A stretch of DNA of 64,000 bases from Gemmatimonadota bacterium (GTDB lineage: Bacteria; Gemmatimonadota; Gemmatimonadetes; Palauibacterales; Palauibacteraceae), in contig JAJCZV010000099.1 of NCBI GenBank assembly GCA_029262175.1, positions 35,561-99,560 of the forward strand, given 5' to 3'. The first letter of the stretch is position 1. Every line of letters starts with the position of its first letter. The position numbers and the translations under genes were made by a program. Below, piece after piece: positions 9,278 through 19,659 of this stretch. The notes under the pieces were generated by a model. It worked only from the letters and a program-made list of their open reading frames with translations, was not told the origin of the DNA and ran no database searches.

Positions 9278-12067
9278 TCAGAACGAGAGGTACTGGCTCA
9301 CCTTCAAGATGAAGATGTTCTCGGCTGGAGCGGCGAATAGTCCGTTGAAATCTCGGCTCAGATCGAGATTTCCGACGTCGACATTGTCGCGTCGACTATG
9401 CTGCCACACCAAGAAGATCTGCGAGCCCGGCCGATACTCCCATCGGAACACCGCGTTTCCTCTCAGCGATCGAATATTGAAGTCTCGGTCGCTGGTCGAG
9501 AAGTCGCTGGCTTGATCTCCATCGAAGTCGAAGTAGCGGGTGTCGTCGATGATGCAGGTCTGTCCGCCCTGGCAGAGGATCGCCCCACCCTGGTCCAGCG
9601 CCGTGCCCTCGGCGAAGTCGATGAAGTCGAAGGACTCGGAGCGTTCGAGCTGCCGGTAGGTGAGATAGTCGCCCGATGAGATCAGCGGTTGCAGGAAGAG
9701 CTGAAGGCTGACATCGGGGCTGAACGTCACGTTGAGCCGCGTCTCCATCGCGAAGGACTTCCTGCTCAGATCGCCGAATAGGTAGCGGCTTCCAAAGGTC
9801 GGTGCGTAGGGGAGGTCGCTCGACGTCGACACATATTGCGCGCCATCACGCGCGCTCGTGTAGCGGGGCCCAAACTCGAGTTCCCAACTCGACGACGGAC
9901 GGAGTTGGAACCGTAGACTGGTTTCGAGTCGGTTGCCGCGACCCGCGTAGGACTTCTCGTACGTGACGGAGGGCTCTACCGAGACGGCGGAGCGCCGGTC
10001 GGTGTTCAACCTGAGATTGAGGTTGAGCGACGCAGGGTCGGCCATCAGCGGGCCGCCTCTAGTCTGCGTGTCGGACTGACTCTGGGGAGAATACCACGCT
10101 CGCCAGCCCAGCCCCCAGTTGTTGAGGAAAGTAAAGTTCCCGTTTAGGAAGAAACCGCCGCTCTCATGGGATCGCGCGATGTTCGAGCTCGAGAAGCCGT
10201 CCTCGAGCAGCGAGTGCCTGAAATTGTGGAACGTGAAGAAATTGATGCTGTAATCTTGGAACACGCTTCCGGGCCGGATCTCGCGGTATTGCAGCCGCCC
10301 ACCCACGTCGAGCTTTTCTCCGCCCGTCAAGAAGCCGAGATCGTTGATCTCGAAGCCGGGAGACTGTTGGCCGACCCACGTGGACCACGTCCAGTGCTCG
10401 GCGCTCTGACGCTCGAGCTGCAGACGCCAATCGCTGCCGAACAGCGAAGTGGCGGTCGAATCGACAGCGAGATAATCCGCGTCGGGGCGCTGAAAGAAAT
10501 GGGTTGAATTTTGCTGGATGGAAAGCAGCGCGTCCGGCGACCCGTTTACCAAACTCCCCGAGTAGAATCCCCACAGGCGCCAGTCGCGTCCGCGCCCGCC
10601 ACCCCACTGATGCTCGAAATCGAGGCCGAAGGTGTAGGCGTTCGATGGAAGAAAATCGAATGCGCCGTCCTCCGGTAAACCACGTTGGAGGGCCGTCCCG
10701 ATCAAACCGACCTTCGAGCCGCCATCGCGAAAGTCCTGTTGAAGACGGAGGACGCCGTATCGGCCCTGCGGCTCGGCCGTGTAGCGGCCAATCGAGTCGC
10801 CCGCGGCAAAGAACGCAGATCCGGTCTCTCGGCCGGTGACGGCCGCCAACGCACCCAGCGAGAGCCCGCCCGAGGTTCGACCGGTCAGCTTCGCCGCACC
10901 CAAAATCGTCGTCTGACTGGGTCGCTCTATGAAGTCCGCGCTGCTCGGGCTCGACCCCCGCGGCTCGCGCCCGATCCGTCGGCTGAAGAACAGCGACTTC
11001 CCACGACCGCCTCCACCACGACTTTCGCCAAAGTCGAAGACGCGTGCGTCTTGTACGAAGAACGGACGCTTCTCCGGAAAGAAGGTCTCGAAGGCCGTGA
11101 GGTTGATGACCTCGGGGTCGACCTCCACTTGCCCGAAATCAGGTGTGAACGTCGCGTCGAGCGAAAACGCCGAGCCGATGCCCATGCTCACATCGGCGCC
11201 GAAGCGGGGATCGAAGTCCGACCCGTCGAACAGGGGGTTGCCCGGTTCGACCGGCCCGGTCTGAATCTGCGAGACGGCGAACGGCGTGACCTCGAAGCGC
11301 CGGCTGGCCCTCGCGACCTGAATTCCGTCGATGGTGCCGAACTGGCTCACCTTGCCGCGCACCGTCCGCGACTCGAGCGAGAAGTAGTCGGTCTCGTTGG
11401 ATTCGAGGCGTCGCCGGGACAGGTTGATGCCCCAGGTTTGGTCGCCGGGGCGAGCCTCATAACGAATCTGAGACAATGGGATTCGAAGCTCCGCGGTCCA
11501 CCCCAACTCATCTTGTTGAACGGCGGAGTCCCAGATCGCGTCCCAGTCCGCGTCGTCCTGCACATCGGCAAACAGGAAGGCGTCGCTCTCGGCGCCCGCC
11601 GCGCTGACGAGGAATCGATATCCGGTCAGACCATCTCGGTTGGGATCGAGAGAGATCGAAAACGAATCGAACGCCCCGCGCTCATCGCGCCGGACCAATT
11701 GGTCGCGGATGACCGAGGGATCGGACTCGTACATCCGGGCGGCCACGTATAGCGCGTCGTCGTCAAACAGGATCCGCACTTCGGTGGGTTCGGCTGGCTC
11801 CCGACCCTCGAAGGGCTCGCCCTGCGTGAATCCACCGATCACGGGGGCAGTTTGCCAGGCGGCGTCGTCGAGCCGGCCATCGATCGAAATCGACCCGTCC
11901 AACCTCACCGCCCGGGCACTTGCGGTCCGCTCGGCACCCCGCGTGGTTCCGCCATCCGCGGATGCCAAGCCCTCCTGCGCCGCCCCCTCACCCGATATCC
12001 CCAGCGCCAAGAAACCGGCCGCTAGGGCCAAAAAGGGCCGGATCCGGCCCTGTCGTATTGTCGTCAT
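9278..12067 (-). CDS. Large secreted DUF5916 / carbohydrate-binding-family-9-like domain protein
   Basis: Signal peptide MTTIRQGRIRPFLALAAGFLALG. N-terminal block VRLDGSISIDGRLDDAAWQTAPVIGGFTQ...EVRILFDDDALYVAARMYESDP resembles CBM9-like/DUF5916 proteins. Start chosen at the internal Met that has the signal peptide. Confidence 0.6.
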   Translation of the reverse strand: MTTIRQGRIRPFLALAAGFLALGISGEGAAQEGLASADGGTTRGAERTASARAVRLDGSISIDGRLDDAAWQTAPVIGGFTQGEPFEGREPAEPTEVRILFDDDALYVAARMYESDPSVIRDQLVRRDERGAFDSFSISLDPNRDGLTGYRFLVSAAGAESDAFLFADVQDDADWDAIWDSAVQQDELGWTAELRIPLSQIRYEARPGDQTWGINLSRRRLESNETDYFSLESRTVRGKVSQFGTIDGIQVARASRRFEVTPFAVSQIQTGPVEPGNPLFDGSDFDPRFGADVSMGIGSAFSLDATFTPDFGQVEVDPEVINLTAFETFFPEKRPFFVQDARVFDFGESRGGGGRGKSLFFSRRIGREPRGSSPSSADFIERPSQTTILGAAKLTGRTSGGLSLGALAAVTGRETGSAFFAAGDSIGRYTAEPQGRYGVLRLQQDFRDGGSKVGLIGTALQRGLPEDGAFDFLPSNAYTFGLDFEHQWGGGRGRDWRLWGFYSGSLVNGSPDALLSIQQNSTHFFQRPDADYLAVDSTATSLFGSDWRLQLERQSAEHWTWSTWVGQQSPGFEINDLGFLTGGEKLDVGGRLQYREIRPGSVFQDYSINFFTFHNFRHSLLEDGFSSSNIARSHESGGFFLNGNFTFLNNWGLGWRAWYSPQSQSDTQTRGGPLMADPASLNLNLRLNTDRRSAVSVEPSVTYEKSYAGRGNRLETSLRFQLRPSSSWELEFGPRYTSARDGAQYVSTSSDLPYAPTFGSRYLFGDLSRKSFAMETRLNVTFSPDVSLQLFLQPLISSGDYLTYRQLERSESFDFIDFAEGTALDQGGAILCQGGQTCIIDDTRYFDFDGDQASDFSTSDRDFNIRSLRGNAVFRWEYRPGSQIFLVWQHSRRDNVDVGNLDLSRDFNGLFAAPAENIFILKVSQYLSF

Positions 12068-12265
12068 GTAGAGATGAACACCTGCGGTGGGAATCGCGTT
12101 CATTCGAACGGTCGCTCTGACGTAGCCTCGTTCCTGCAAGGAAGATGCGCGCGGGGCCGTCGTTGCGAGATCCGGGCCCCCGCGGACAAGAAAACCTCGC
12201 GGTCGGACGGCAGAGCTTGAGGACTCGGTAGCAGTCACGTATTTTGCCCGTGCAGGTAAAATTCG

Positions 12266-12320
12266 TTCGTGGTGATTTGAAGCAGATTGCAGCCACGCTA
12301 AACAAGTCGCTAAAGAGCTA
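12266..12320 (+). ncRNA. Candidate SAM-II-clan (SAM-II/SAM-V-like) riboswitch aptamer in the metH 5' leader, with a possible short hairpin plus U-run at 12321-12344
   Basis: Sequence CGUGG-UGAUUUG-AAGCAG-AUUGCAG-CCACG-CUAAACAAGUC-GCUAAAGAGCU. A P1 stem CGUGG/CCACG encloses a loop with GAUUU and AUUGCA, followed 11 nt later by GCUAAAG. This matches the conserved SAM-II arrangement as I recall it (e.g. Agrobacterium metA). It sits about 50 nt upstream of the metH start in a 300-nt leader that is lower in GC. Confidence 0.45.
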
Positions 12321-12368
12321 CGCCCCGGGCGCGTCTTTTTGTGAGCGGCTGGGGTTTCGCGTATCGAG

Positions 12369-15300
12369 GTGTCAGTGTCCGAAGCGCACGAGGATCGAAG
12401 GACCAGAAACGTAGACCTGCCGGGCGGGCGGAGCGAGCGCATCGCTCGACTTCGGGATTGTATGTCGGACCGGATCCTCGTGATGGATGGCGCCACCGGT
12501 ACGATGATCCAGGGACTCGATCTGGACGAGGATGCCTATCGGGGAGATCGATTCGCGGGGCATCCCTCCCCGCTCACGGGCAATCACGACCTGCTCTCGA
12601 TCACCAGACCGGACGACATCGCGAGTTTCCACCGAGCCTACTTCGAAGCCGGTGCCGACTTCGTCACCACGAATACGTTCAACGCCCAGGCGGTGTCTCA
12701 AGCCGACTACGGTACTGAGGCCTACGTCCACGAGATGAACGTTGCCTCCGCCTCGATCGCTCGAGGCGTGGCCGATGAAGTGACCGCAACCGATCCGTCT
12801 CGCCCGCGCTGGGTATTGGGCGCCATGGGCCCGACAAACCGAACGGCTTCGCTGTCGCCGGACGTCGAGAATCCCGCCTTTCGCGGGGTGAGTTTTGACG
12901 AACTCGCCAGCGCGTACAAAGAGCAGGCTGCCGGACTCGTCCAAGGTGGCGCCGACGTACTTCTCATCGAGACCGTGTTTGATACGCTCAACTGCAAGGC
13001 GGCGATTTTCGCGATTCTCGAACTCGCCGAGGAGTTGGGCACAGAGATCCCGATCGCGGTGTCCGGCACCATTACCGATCTGTCGGGGCGGACGCTGTCC
13101 GGTCAGACGGTTGAGGCGTTTTGGATTTCTATTCGGCACGCCGATCCGATGTTCGTCGGTCTGAATTGCGCACTGGGAGCCGATGAACTGGCTCCTTATG
13201 TGGCCGATCTTGCCCGCGTGGCCGAGACCCGTGTGAGCTGTCACCCGAACGCGGGACTGCCCAACGAATTCGGCGGCTATGACGATACGCCCGCTCACAT
13301 GGCGAAGGTGTTGGGCGGCTTCGCGGACCGCGGTCTGCTCAACGTCGTCGGGGGCTGCTGCGGTACGACGCCAGACCACATCACGGCGGTGGCGGAGCGA
13401 GTCCAGGGCCTTTCGCCCCGAGTTCCGATCCAGGTGGAACCGTTTCCACGTTTTTCCGGGTTGGAGCCGTTCGTCATTCGACCGGAATCGTTGTTCGTCA
13501 ATATCGGCGAGCGAACCAACGTCACCGGCTCCGCTCGATTTGCTCGTCTCATTCGCGAGGACAACCTGGAGGAGGCCCTAGACGTAGCCCGGGATCAGGT
13601 CGAGAACGGCGCGCAACTGCTCGACGTCAACATGGATGAGGGCCTGCTCGATTCTGAGGCGGCGATGACGACGTACCTAAACCTCATCGCGTCTGAGCCC
13701 GACATCGCCCGTATCCCGATCGTGGTCGACTCTTCCAAGTGGTCCGTCATCGAGGCCGGCCTCAAGTGCATCCAAGGCCGACCCATCGTTAACTCGATCT
13801 CGCTGAAGGAAGGTGAAGAGGAGTTTCTTCGGCAGGCGCGGCTGGTCCAACGGTACGGCGCTGCCGTGATCGTGATGGCGTTCGACGAGGATGGCCAGGC
13901 GGATACCGTCGATCGCAAGGTCGACATTTGTGCGAGGGCCTACGGGCTCCTCACGACCGAAGCGGGGTTTCGCCCCGAGGACATCATATTTGATCCAAAC
14001 GTGTTCGCCGTCGGAACGGGAATCGCGGAGCACGATGAATACGGCAACGCGTACGTGGAAGCGGTGCGTCGGATCAAGACGGAGCTCCCGGGCGCGCTAA
14101 CGAGCGGCGGGATCAGCAACGCGTCCTTTTCCTACCGCGGGAACGATGCCGTCCGAGAGGCGATGCACACCGCGTTTCTCTTCCGAGCCATCGAAGCCGG
14201 TCTCGATATGGGCATCGTCAATGCGGGTCGCCTTCCCGTGTACGACGACATCGACCCAGAACTTCTCGAGGCGTCCGAGGACGTGCTGTTCAATCGTACC
14301 GAAGGCGCGACCGAACGCCTCACGGATCTCGCCACTCGCATTCGGGACAAGGGCATCGAGACGGTCGTCGACCTCGCCTGGCGCGAGGGCACGGTCGAGG
14401 CGCGCCTCGAGCACGCACTCGTGGAAGGGCTCGTCGAGTTTATCGAAGAGGACACCGAGGAGGCCCGACAGAAGTTGGACGTCGCGCTTCAAGTCATCGA
14501 AGGTCCGCTGATGGATGGCATGAACCGCGTGGGCGACCTCTTCGGAAGCGGACGAATGTTTCTGCCCCAAGTGGTCAAGTCTGCGCGAGTGATGAAGAAG
14601 GCCGTGGCGTACCTCACCCCCTACCTGGAGGCCGAAAAAGCGGCTCTGAGGGCTTCCTCCGGCGAGGACCCGGCCGAAGAAGTCGATTCAAAGGGGAAGG
14701 GGAGGATCCTGCTCGCCACGGTGAAGGGGGACGTTCACGACATCGGCAAGAACATTGTCGGCGTCGTGCTGCAATGTAACGGATATCAAGTGGTCGACCT
14801 GGGCGTGATGGTGGCCGCGGAAACGATTCTGGCTCAGGCGAAGGAACACCGGGCAGACGTGGTCGGGCTCAGCGGACTGATTACGCCGTCGCTCGATCAT
14901 ATGGTCACCGTCGCATCGGAAATGGAGCGCGAGGGCTTCGAGGTGCCGCTTCTGATCGGAGGCGCCACTACGTCGCGAAAACACACCGCGGTCAAGATCG
15001 AGAAGCAGTATTCGGGGGCGACGGTTCACGTCCTCGATGCGTCTCGGGCCGTCGGTGTGGTGGGCGAGCTGCTGAGCGAGGAGCGATCGGCGGACTACGT
15101 TGCCGAGGTTCGCGCGGATTACGAGCAGGTCCGCGTCGACTACGCCGAGAGAGACCGCGCCATCGCGCCGATCCAAACCGCGCGAAACAATCGGTTAAAG
15201 ATCGACTTCGGGGCTGTGCCACCGGTCGCGCCTCGAAAACCTGGCATCCACGTGTTCGACCCGGTCCCCCTCGCTGAGCTTGTCGACTACATCGACTGGA

Positions 15301-16148
15301 CTCCGTTCTTCCAAGCTTGGGAGATCAAAGGTCGCTATCCGGAAGTGTTCGAGATGGGCGCGCGAGGCCAGGCTGCGCGAACGCTCTTCGACGACGCTCA
15401 GATCTTACTTCGCAGGATCATCGATGAGAAGCTGCTCGTCGCTCGAGCAGTCACCGGGCTGTTCCCGGCCGCCGCTCGTGGTGATGACATCGTCTACTTC
15501 GAAGATGAGGCACGGTCCCGACCTTTGGTCACCGTGTCGCACCTCCGCCAGCAGATGGAAAAAAAGGCGCCCCGTCCCAACCTGTCTCTGGCCGATCTGA
15601 TCGCCGACGAAGGCTCGGGCGTGCAGGATTGGGGCGGCGCCTTCGCGGTCACCGCGGGTATCGGTTTGGATGTGCTGTGCGCCGACCTCGAAGCCGAGAA
15701 CGATGACTATCAGAGTCTGCTCGCCAAGTCGCTCGCGGACCGATTGGCCGAGGCCCTCGCAGAACGTCTTCACGAGAGGGTTCGGACTGAACTGTGGGGG
15801 TATGAAGTCGAGGAGACGGTGTCCAACGAAGAGCGGATTCGGGAGGCCTATGTCGGGATTCGTCCCGCGCCGGGGTATCCCGCGTGCCCCGATCACTCGC
15901 AGAAGACTCAGTTGTTCGAGCTTCTCGGGGCGGAGGCGCGCACCGGTATCGAGCTCACCGAGTCGTTTGCGATGCTGCCGGGTGCGGCCGTGAGCGGGTG
16001 GTATTTCGGCCACCCCGAGGCGACGTACTTCGGGTTGGGGCGGATCGGGCGAGATCAAGTGGAAGACTACGCGGCTCGACGCGCGATCGAAGTCGCCGAG
16101 GCCGAGCGGCTTCTATCCCCGAATCTCGCCTACGACGCGGCGGAGTGA
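12369..16148 (+). CDS. metH: Cobalamin-dependent methionine synthase (5-methyltetrahydrofolate-homocysteine methyltransferase)
   Basis: All four modules are present: Hcy-binding ([14 protein letters not shown]), pterin-binding, B12-binding ([25 protein letters not shown]), and AdoMet activation domain. 1259 aa. Confidence 0.95.
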   Translation: MSVSEAHEDRRTRNVDLPGGRSERIARLRDCMSDRILVMDGATGTMIQGLDLDEDAYRGDRFAGHPSPLTGNHDLLSITRPDDIASFHRAYFEAGADFVTTNTFNAQAVSQADYGTEAYVHEMNVASASIARGVADEVTATDPSRPRWVLGAMGPTNRTASLSPDVENPAFRGVSFDELASAYKEQAAGLVQGGADVLLIETVFDTLNCKAAIFAILELAEELGTEIPIAVSGTITDLSGRTLSGQTVEAFWISIRHADPMFVGLNCALGADELAPYVADLARVAETRVSCHPNAGLPNEFGGYDDTPAHMAKVLGGFADRGLLNVVGGCCGTTPDHITAVAERVQGLSPRVPIQVEPFPRFSGLEPFVIRPESLFVNIGERTNVTGSARFARLIREDNLEEALDVARDQVENGAQLLDVNMDEGLLDSEAAMTTYLNLIASEPDIARIPIVVDSSKWSVIEAGLKCIQGRPIVNSISLKEGEEEFLRQARLVQRYGAAVIVMAFDEDGQADTVDRKVDICARAYGLLTTEAGFRPEDIIFDPNVFAVGTGIAEHDEYGNAYVEAVRRIKTELPGALTSGGISNASFSYRGNDAVREAMHTAFLFRAIEAGLDMGIVNAGRLPVYDDIDPELLEASEDVLFNRTEGATERLTDLATRIRDKGIETVVDLAWREGTVEARLEHALVEGLVEFIEEDTEEARQKLDVALQVIEGPLMDGMNRVGDLFGSGRMFLPQVVKSARVMKKAVAYLTPYLEAEKAALRASSGEDPAEEVDSKGKGRILLATVKGDVHDIGKNIVGVVLQCNGYQVVDLGVMVAAETILAQAKEHRADVVGLSGLITPSLDHMVTVASEMEREGFEVPLLIGGATTSRKHTAVKIEKQYSGATVHVLDASRAVGVVGELLSEERSADYVAEVRADYEQVRVDYAERDRAIAPIQTARNNRLKIDFGAVPPVAPRKPGIHVFDPVPLAELVDYIDWTPFFQAWEIKGRYPEVFEMGARGQAARTLFDDAQILLRRIIDEKLLVARAVTGLFPAAARGDDIVYFEDEARSRPLVTVSHLRQQMEKKAPRPNLSLADLIADEGSGVQDWGGAFAVTAGIGLDVLCADLEAENDDYQSLLAKSLADRLAEALAERLHERVRTELWGYEVEETVSNEERIREAYVGIRPAPGYPACPDHSQKTQLFELLGAEARTGIELTESFAMLPGAAVSGWYFGHPEATYFGLGRIGRDQVEDYAARRAIEVAEAERLLSPNLAYDAAE

Positions 16149-16152
16149 CGAG

Positions 16153-18003
16153 TTGAGCGGCGCCCGGGATCGTATCCGTGAGATGATTGCCGACGACACC
16201 GTCCATGTGGTAGATGGCGCGATGGGTACCGTCCTCTATCAGCGTGGCGTGTTCGTCAACGAATGTTACGACGAGCTCAGTCTCAGCAATCCGGAGGTCG
16301 TGCTCGCCGTGCACGCCGAGTACGTGCGAGCGGGCGCGGAACTCATCGAGACGAATACGTTTGGCGCCAACCCCGTGAAGCTCGGGGCATTCGCGCTCGA
16401 CGATCGGACCGAAGAGATCAACGAAGCGGCGGCTCGCCTGGCCGTGCAAGCGTCGCGGCAGCGTGCGAGCGTACTCGGGGCCATGGGTCCGCTCGGGATA
16501 CGCATCGAGCCTTGGGGGCCGACCTCGGTCGATGAGGCTGCCGCCCTGTTCGAACGGCAGGTCATGGGTTTGGCCGCGGGCGGCGTCGACGGATTCATGC
16601 TCGAGACCTTCGCCGACCTGGACGAGCTGCTCCAAGCGGTGCGCGCGGTGCGAAACATCGCGGGGGATGCACCGGTGTTCGCGCAAATGTCCTTCGGCGA
16701 TGAGGGCGCGACCGCGTACGGAACGACCATCGAGGCGGCCGCGGCCGGGCTGGAAAAAGCTGGGGCCGATGTCATCGGGCTCAACTGTTCCGTGGGCCCT
16801 TCGTCGATGCTCGTGGGTGTGGAACGGATGGCGGCTGCCACCGGCCGTCCCGTCTCCGCGCTTCCAAACGCGGGTCTGCCGCGCGACGTCGGTGATCGAA
16901 AGATCTATCTGGCCAGCCCGGAATACATGGCGCGCTACGGCCGCCGGATGGCGGAGTCCGGGGCGCGGTTCGTCGGCGGGTGCTGCGGAACGACGCCGGA
17001 GCACACGCGTCACATGGTCGAGCTGCTCGGGACCAAGGGGCTTCGTCCGGCGCGAGTCACCAGCGCTCCCTCCAGGAGTGGCGAGCGGCCAGGCAGCGCC
17101 GAGTCCACCCCGCTGGCGGATCGATCGGCGCTCGGCCGCCGACTCGCTGCGGGCGAGTTTATTCGGGCCGTCGAACTCACGCCGCCGCGTGGGTGGGAGC
17201 CCCGCGAGTTGATCGCCGGGGCGCGTCACCTTCGAGACGTGGGGGTCGATACGGTTCACATCGTCGACGGCCCGGTCCATCGAAGCCGCGTAGCCTCGCT
17301 CCCGGCGGCGATCGTCATTGAACGCGAACTCGGGATCGAAACCGTCGCGCACTACAGTTGTCGAGATCGAAACATGCTCGGCATGGTGAGTGACATTTTG
17401 GGCGCGGCTGCCGCCGGGTTGCGAAACCTCCTCCTCGTCACGGGGGATCCTCCACGCGGCGGCCCCTACGACACGGGTGGGGTCTACGACATCGATAGCA
17501 TCGGTCTGACCAATGTCGTTCGGCAGCTCAACCTGGGCCGAGATCCGGGCGGCGGTTCGATCGGGGCTCCCACGTCCTTCGTCGTCGGCGTGGCCGTGAA
17601 CCCTGGAGCCCTCGATCCAGAGGAGGAGATTCGGCGGTTCGCGTGGAAGGCGGAGGCCGGGGCCGATTTCGCCGTGACGCAGCCGAGTTTCGACCCGGAC
17701 GGATTTCTGAAATTCGCCAAGCGCATCGAAGAGTTCGGCGTGCCGCTTCTGGCCGGGTTATGGCCGCCGCTTTCATTGGAGAACGCGGAGTTCCTGGCCA
17801 ACGAAGTGCCTGGTGTGCGGGTGCCGGAGTCCGTGCTCACTCGGATGCGCAAGGCGAAGGACCGGGGCGAGACCGCGGCAGCGCAGGAAGGGGTCGACGT
17901 GGCAAGAGAGGTGCTGTCGGAGATTCGGTCGGCCGTCGCGGGCGTCTTGGTGTCGGCGCCGTCCCACCGTGTGGACCGAGCGATCGCCGTACTCGAAGAG
18001 TAG
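16153..18003 (+). CDS. Bifunctional homocysteine S-methyltransferase / 5,10-methylenetetrahydrofolate reductase (YitJ-like fusion)
   Basis: N-terminal HMT domain (VVDGAMGTVLY...GCCGTTPEH). C-terminal MetF domain (ELTPPRG, HYSCRDRN, LLVTGDPP). Begins 4 nt after metH. Start codon is uncertain (TTG at 16153 or ATG at 16183). Confidence 0.85.
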   Translation: MSGARDRIREMIADDTVHVVDGAMGTVLYQRGVFVNECYDELSLSNPEVVLAVHAEYVRAGAELIETNTFGANPVKLGAFALDDRTEEINEAAARLAVQASRQRASVLGAMGPLGIRIEPWGPTSVDEAAALFERQVMGLAAGGVDGFMLETFADLDELLQAVRAVRNIAGDAPVFAQMSFGDEGATAYGTTIEAAAAGLEKAGADVIGLNCSVGPSSMLVGVERMAAATGRPVSALPNAGLPRDVGDRKIYLASPEYMARYGRRMAESGARFVGGCCGTTPEHTRHMVELLGTKGLRPARVTSAPSRSGERPGSAESTPLADRSALGRRLAAGEFIRAVELTPPRGWEPRELIAGARHLRDVGVDTVHIVDGPVHRSRVASLPAAIVIERELGIETVAHYSCRDRNMLGMVSDILGAAAAGLRNLLLVTGDPPRGGPYDTGGVYDIDSIGLTNVVRQLNLGRDPGGGSIGAPTSFVVGVAVNPGALDPEEEIRRFAWKAEAGADFAVTQPSFDPDGFLKFAKRIEEFGVPLLAGLWPPLSLENAEFLANEVPGVRVPESVLTRMRKAKDRGETAAAQEGVDVAREVLSEIRSAVAGVLVSAPSHRVDRAIAVLEE

Positions 18004-18019
18004 TGGATTCGCGTCTCGA

Positions 18020-18889
18020 TCAATCCTTCGACGTCGGCGCTCCCACCTCGGCGAGGATTCGTTCGAAGAGAGGTCCCGCCTGGTTTGCTCCGAGGTTGCA
18101 GACGTAGACGTGGCGGGCGCCGATCTCGCGCAGCTGGAGGATCGTGCGCGCGCAGTGCTCCACCGGTGTCGTCCCGGCGGCAAACGCCTCCGCGACTTCG
18201 TCGATGGGTACCGGAAAGAACGCCGAAAGACGTTGCAATGCTTCACGGCGACCATTCCGATAGTAGAACACGCCAAACGCGCCCGGAATTTCGACGCCCG
18301 CGTCCTCGGTGGCCCGCAGCCACCCCGTGACCTTGTCCACGTCGTGGTGAGAGATGATTTGCGTCAGATAGTAGTCGGCTTCGAAGTCGGGGCTGGCGAC
18401 AAACCCGACCTGCTCCTCCGCAGGTCGATGCAGATTCACCCATCCCCCCAGGGCCATCCCGGGAACGCGCGCGCGCAGCGGTGCCCGCAGTGCGTTGGCA
18501 TGCGGGACGCAGCGCTCGGCGCCTTCCGCATCGCCGCCGACGACCGTTAGCGCTTCGAGACCTTGCATGCGCGCGCGATCGCCGTAGCGCAGACAGTACT
18601 CGAGCGGGTGCTTCGTCGTGAGGAAGGGGACCACGCGCCAGGGATCGACCTCACCGGCGATGTTCGATGTGAGATGCTGGAGGTTCTCTTCCTCCGCCTG
18701 ACCCACGGCATTGTCGGTGAGCATGAGGAACGCGTCGCGCGCAACGACTCGTCGTATCGAGTGTGAGAGATCGATCCACGTATCCATCGCTCCGCCACGC
18801 GTGAGGTTGCTTCGCGGCGGACGGAGCTCGACACCGATCAACGGCGACTCCGAACGCAAGCGATCGAGAAAATGGCTCCGGATCGTCAC
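18020..18889 (-). CDS. MetF-like methylenetetrahydrofolate reductase family protein (stand-alone paralog)
   Basis: Blocks align to E. coli MetF: GVELRPPR ~ FEFFPPR, FLMLTDNAVG ~ VSVTYGA, FLTTKH ~ HLTC, LTVVGGD ~ IVALRGD. GTG start overlaps the nnr stop as GTGA. Confidence 0.6.
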   Translation of the reverse strand: MTIRSHFLDRLRSESPLIGVELRPPRSNLTRGGAMDTWIDLSHSIRRVVARDAFLMLTDNAVGQAEEENLQHLTSNIAGEVDPWRVVPFLTTKHPLEYCLRYGDRARMQGLEALTVVGGDAEGAERCVPHANALRAPLRARVPGMALGGWVNLHRPAEEQVGFVASPDFEADYYLTQIISHHDVDKVTGWLRATEDAGVEIPGAFGVFYYRNGRREALQRLSAFFPVPIDEVAEAFAAGTTPVEHCARTILQLREIGARHVYVCNLGANQAGPLFERILAEVGAPTSKD

Positions 18890-19605
18890 AGTCGAATGAT
18901 CTCTTCCTTTGCGAAGATCGGATCGACTCCGTACGCGAGTCCCGACCCCGCATAGAGCTCAGGCGGGACCCCGAGGTCTCCCACATAGAGCTCTCCGACG
19001 AAGTCTTTCGCGCCATCCTTCTGCAGACCCACCTTTGGAAGCGCCAACGTCAGTGTGGCGTCGGCCCGGATGGCGACGCCCGGTGCACGGCCATCAGTCA
19101 CGTTGATCCCGGATGGCGTGTCGAGGCTGAGGATCGGTGCGCCGAAGTCGTTTGCGAGATCGATCAGACGGGCGGCCTCGTCTTTCGGGGCACCCGTGAG
19201 TCCGTATCCGATGATGGCATCGATGACCAGGTCAACGTCGCCGAGCACGGTCGGGGTCGAGAGTTGCGTGATCGGGATGCCCATCCGGTCTGCAATGTCC
19301 AGCTGATGCTCCGGAATTCCCAGATACGCCTCGGCCGGGTGCGTGGTGAGGATCCGAACCCGGGCCCCCCATGCGTGAAGCCGACGCGCGCATACGAGTC
19401 CGCCTCCTCCGTTATTGCCCCTCCCACACAGGACGAGCACGCGTTTGTCGATCGGATCGCCGTCGAGAAACCGCTGCCGGGCCAACGCCGCGAGCCCTCG
19501 CCCGGCGCTCTCCATCATCTGGATGAGTTCGATCCGTAGATCCTCGATCATGGCGCGGTCCACCTCGCGCATTTCGTCGGCCGTCAGGTACGGAACGTTG
19601 TCCAT
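18886..19605 (-). CDS. NAD(P)H-hydrate epimerase (YjeF N-terminal domain)
   Basis: VLVLCGRGNNGGGGLVCARRL motif typical of the YjeF_N family. About 239 aa. Confidence 0.75.
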   Translation of the reverse strand: MDNVPYLTADEMREVDRAMIEDLRIELIQMMESAGRGLAALARQRFLDGDPIDKRVLVLCGRGNNGGGGLVCARRLHAWGARVRILTTHPAEAYLGIPEHQLDIADRMGIPITQLSTPTVLGDVDLVIDAIIGYGLTGAPKDEAARLIDLANDFGAPILSLDTPSGINVTDGRAPGVAIRADATLTLALPKVGLQKDGAKDFVGELYVGDLGVPPELYAGSGLAYGVDPIFAKEEIIRL

Positions 19606-19659
19606 GCGTAGATTGTCGCGTGACGACCTCGGATTTCAAAGCTTCGGCAAGGGGACCCG

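Noticed and set aside
12068-12368. Cobalamin riboswitch or S-box (SAM-I) in the metH leader
   Set aside because: No B12-box (GCCACUG-like) and no SAM-I kink-turn or four-way-junction signatures were seen. The motifs present fit the SAM-II clan instead.
12372-13379. 335-aa minus-strand ORF inside metH. Similar long antisense or overlapping ORFs include 7365-8528, 15955-17352, 35329-36972, 27154-28119, 45429-46361, 40809-42044, 55499-56296, 1096-1938 and 36632-37495.
   Set aside because: All lie antisense to, or frame-shifted within, genes with strong family motifs. Their translations are Arg/Pro/Gly/Ala-rich low-complexity strings typical of shadow ORFs in high-GC DNA. No recognisable domains.
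18547-18834. Small ORFs on both strands inside the MetF-like gene
   Set aside because: Embedded in a gene that aligns block-by-block to MetF. No independent support.
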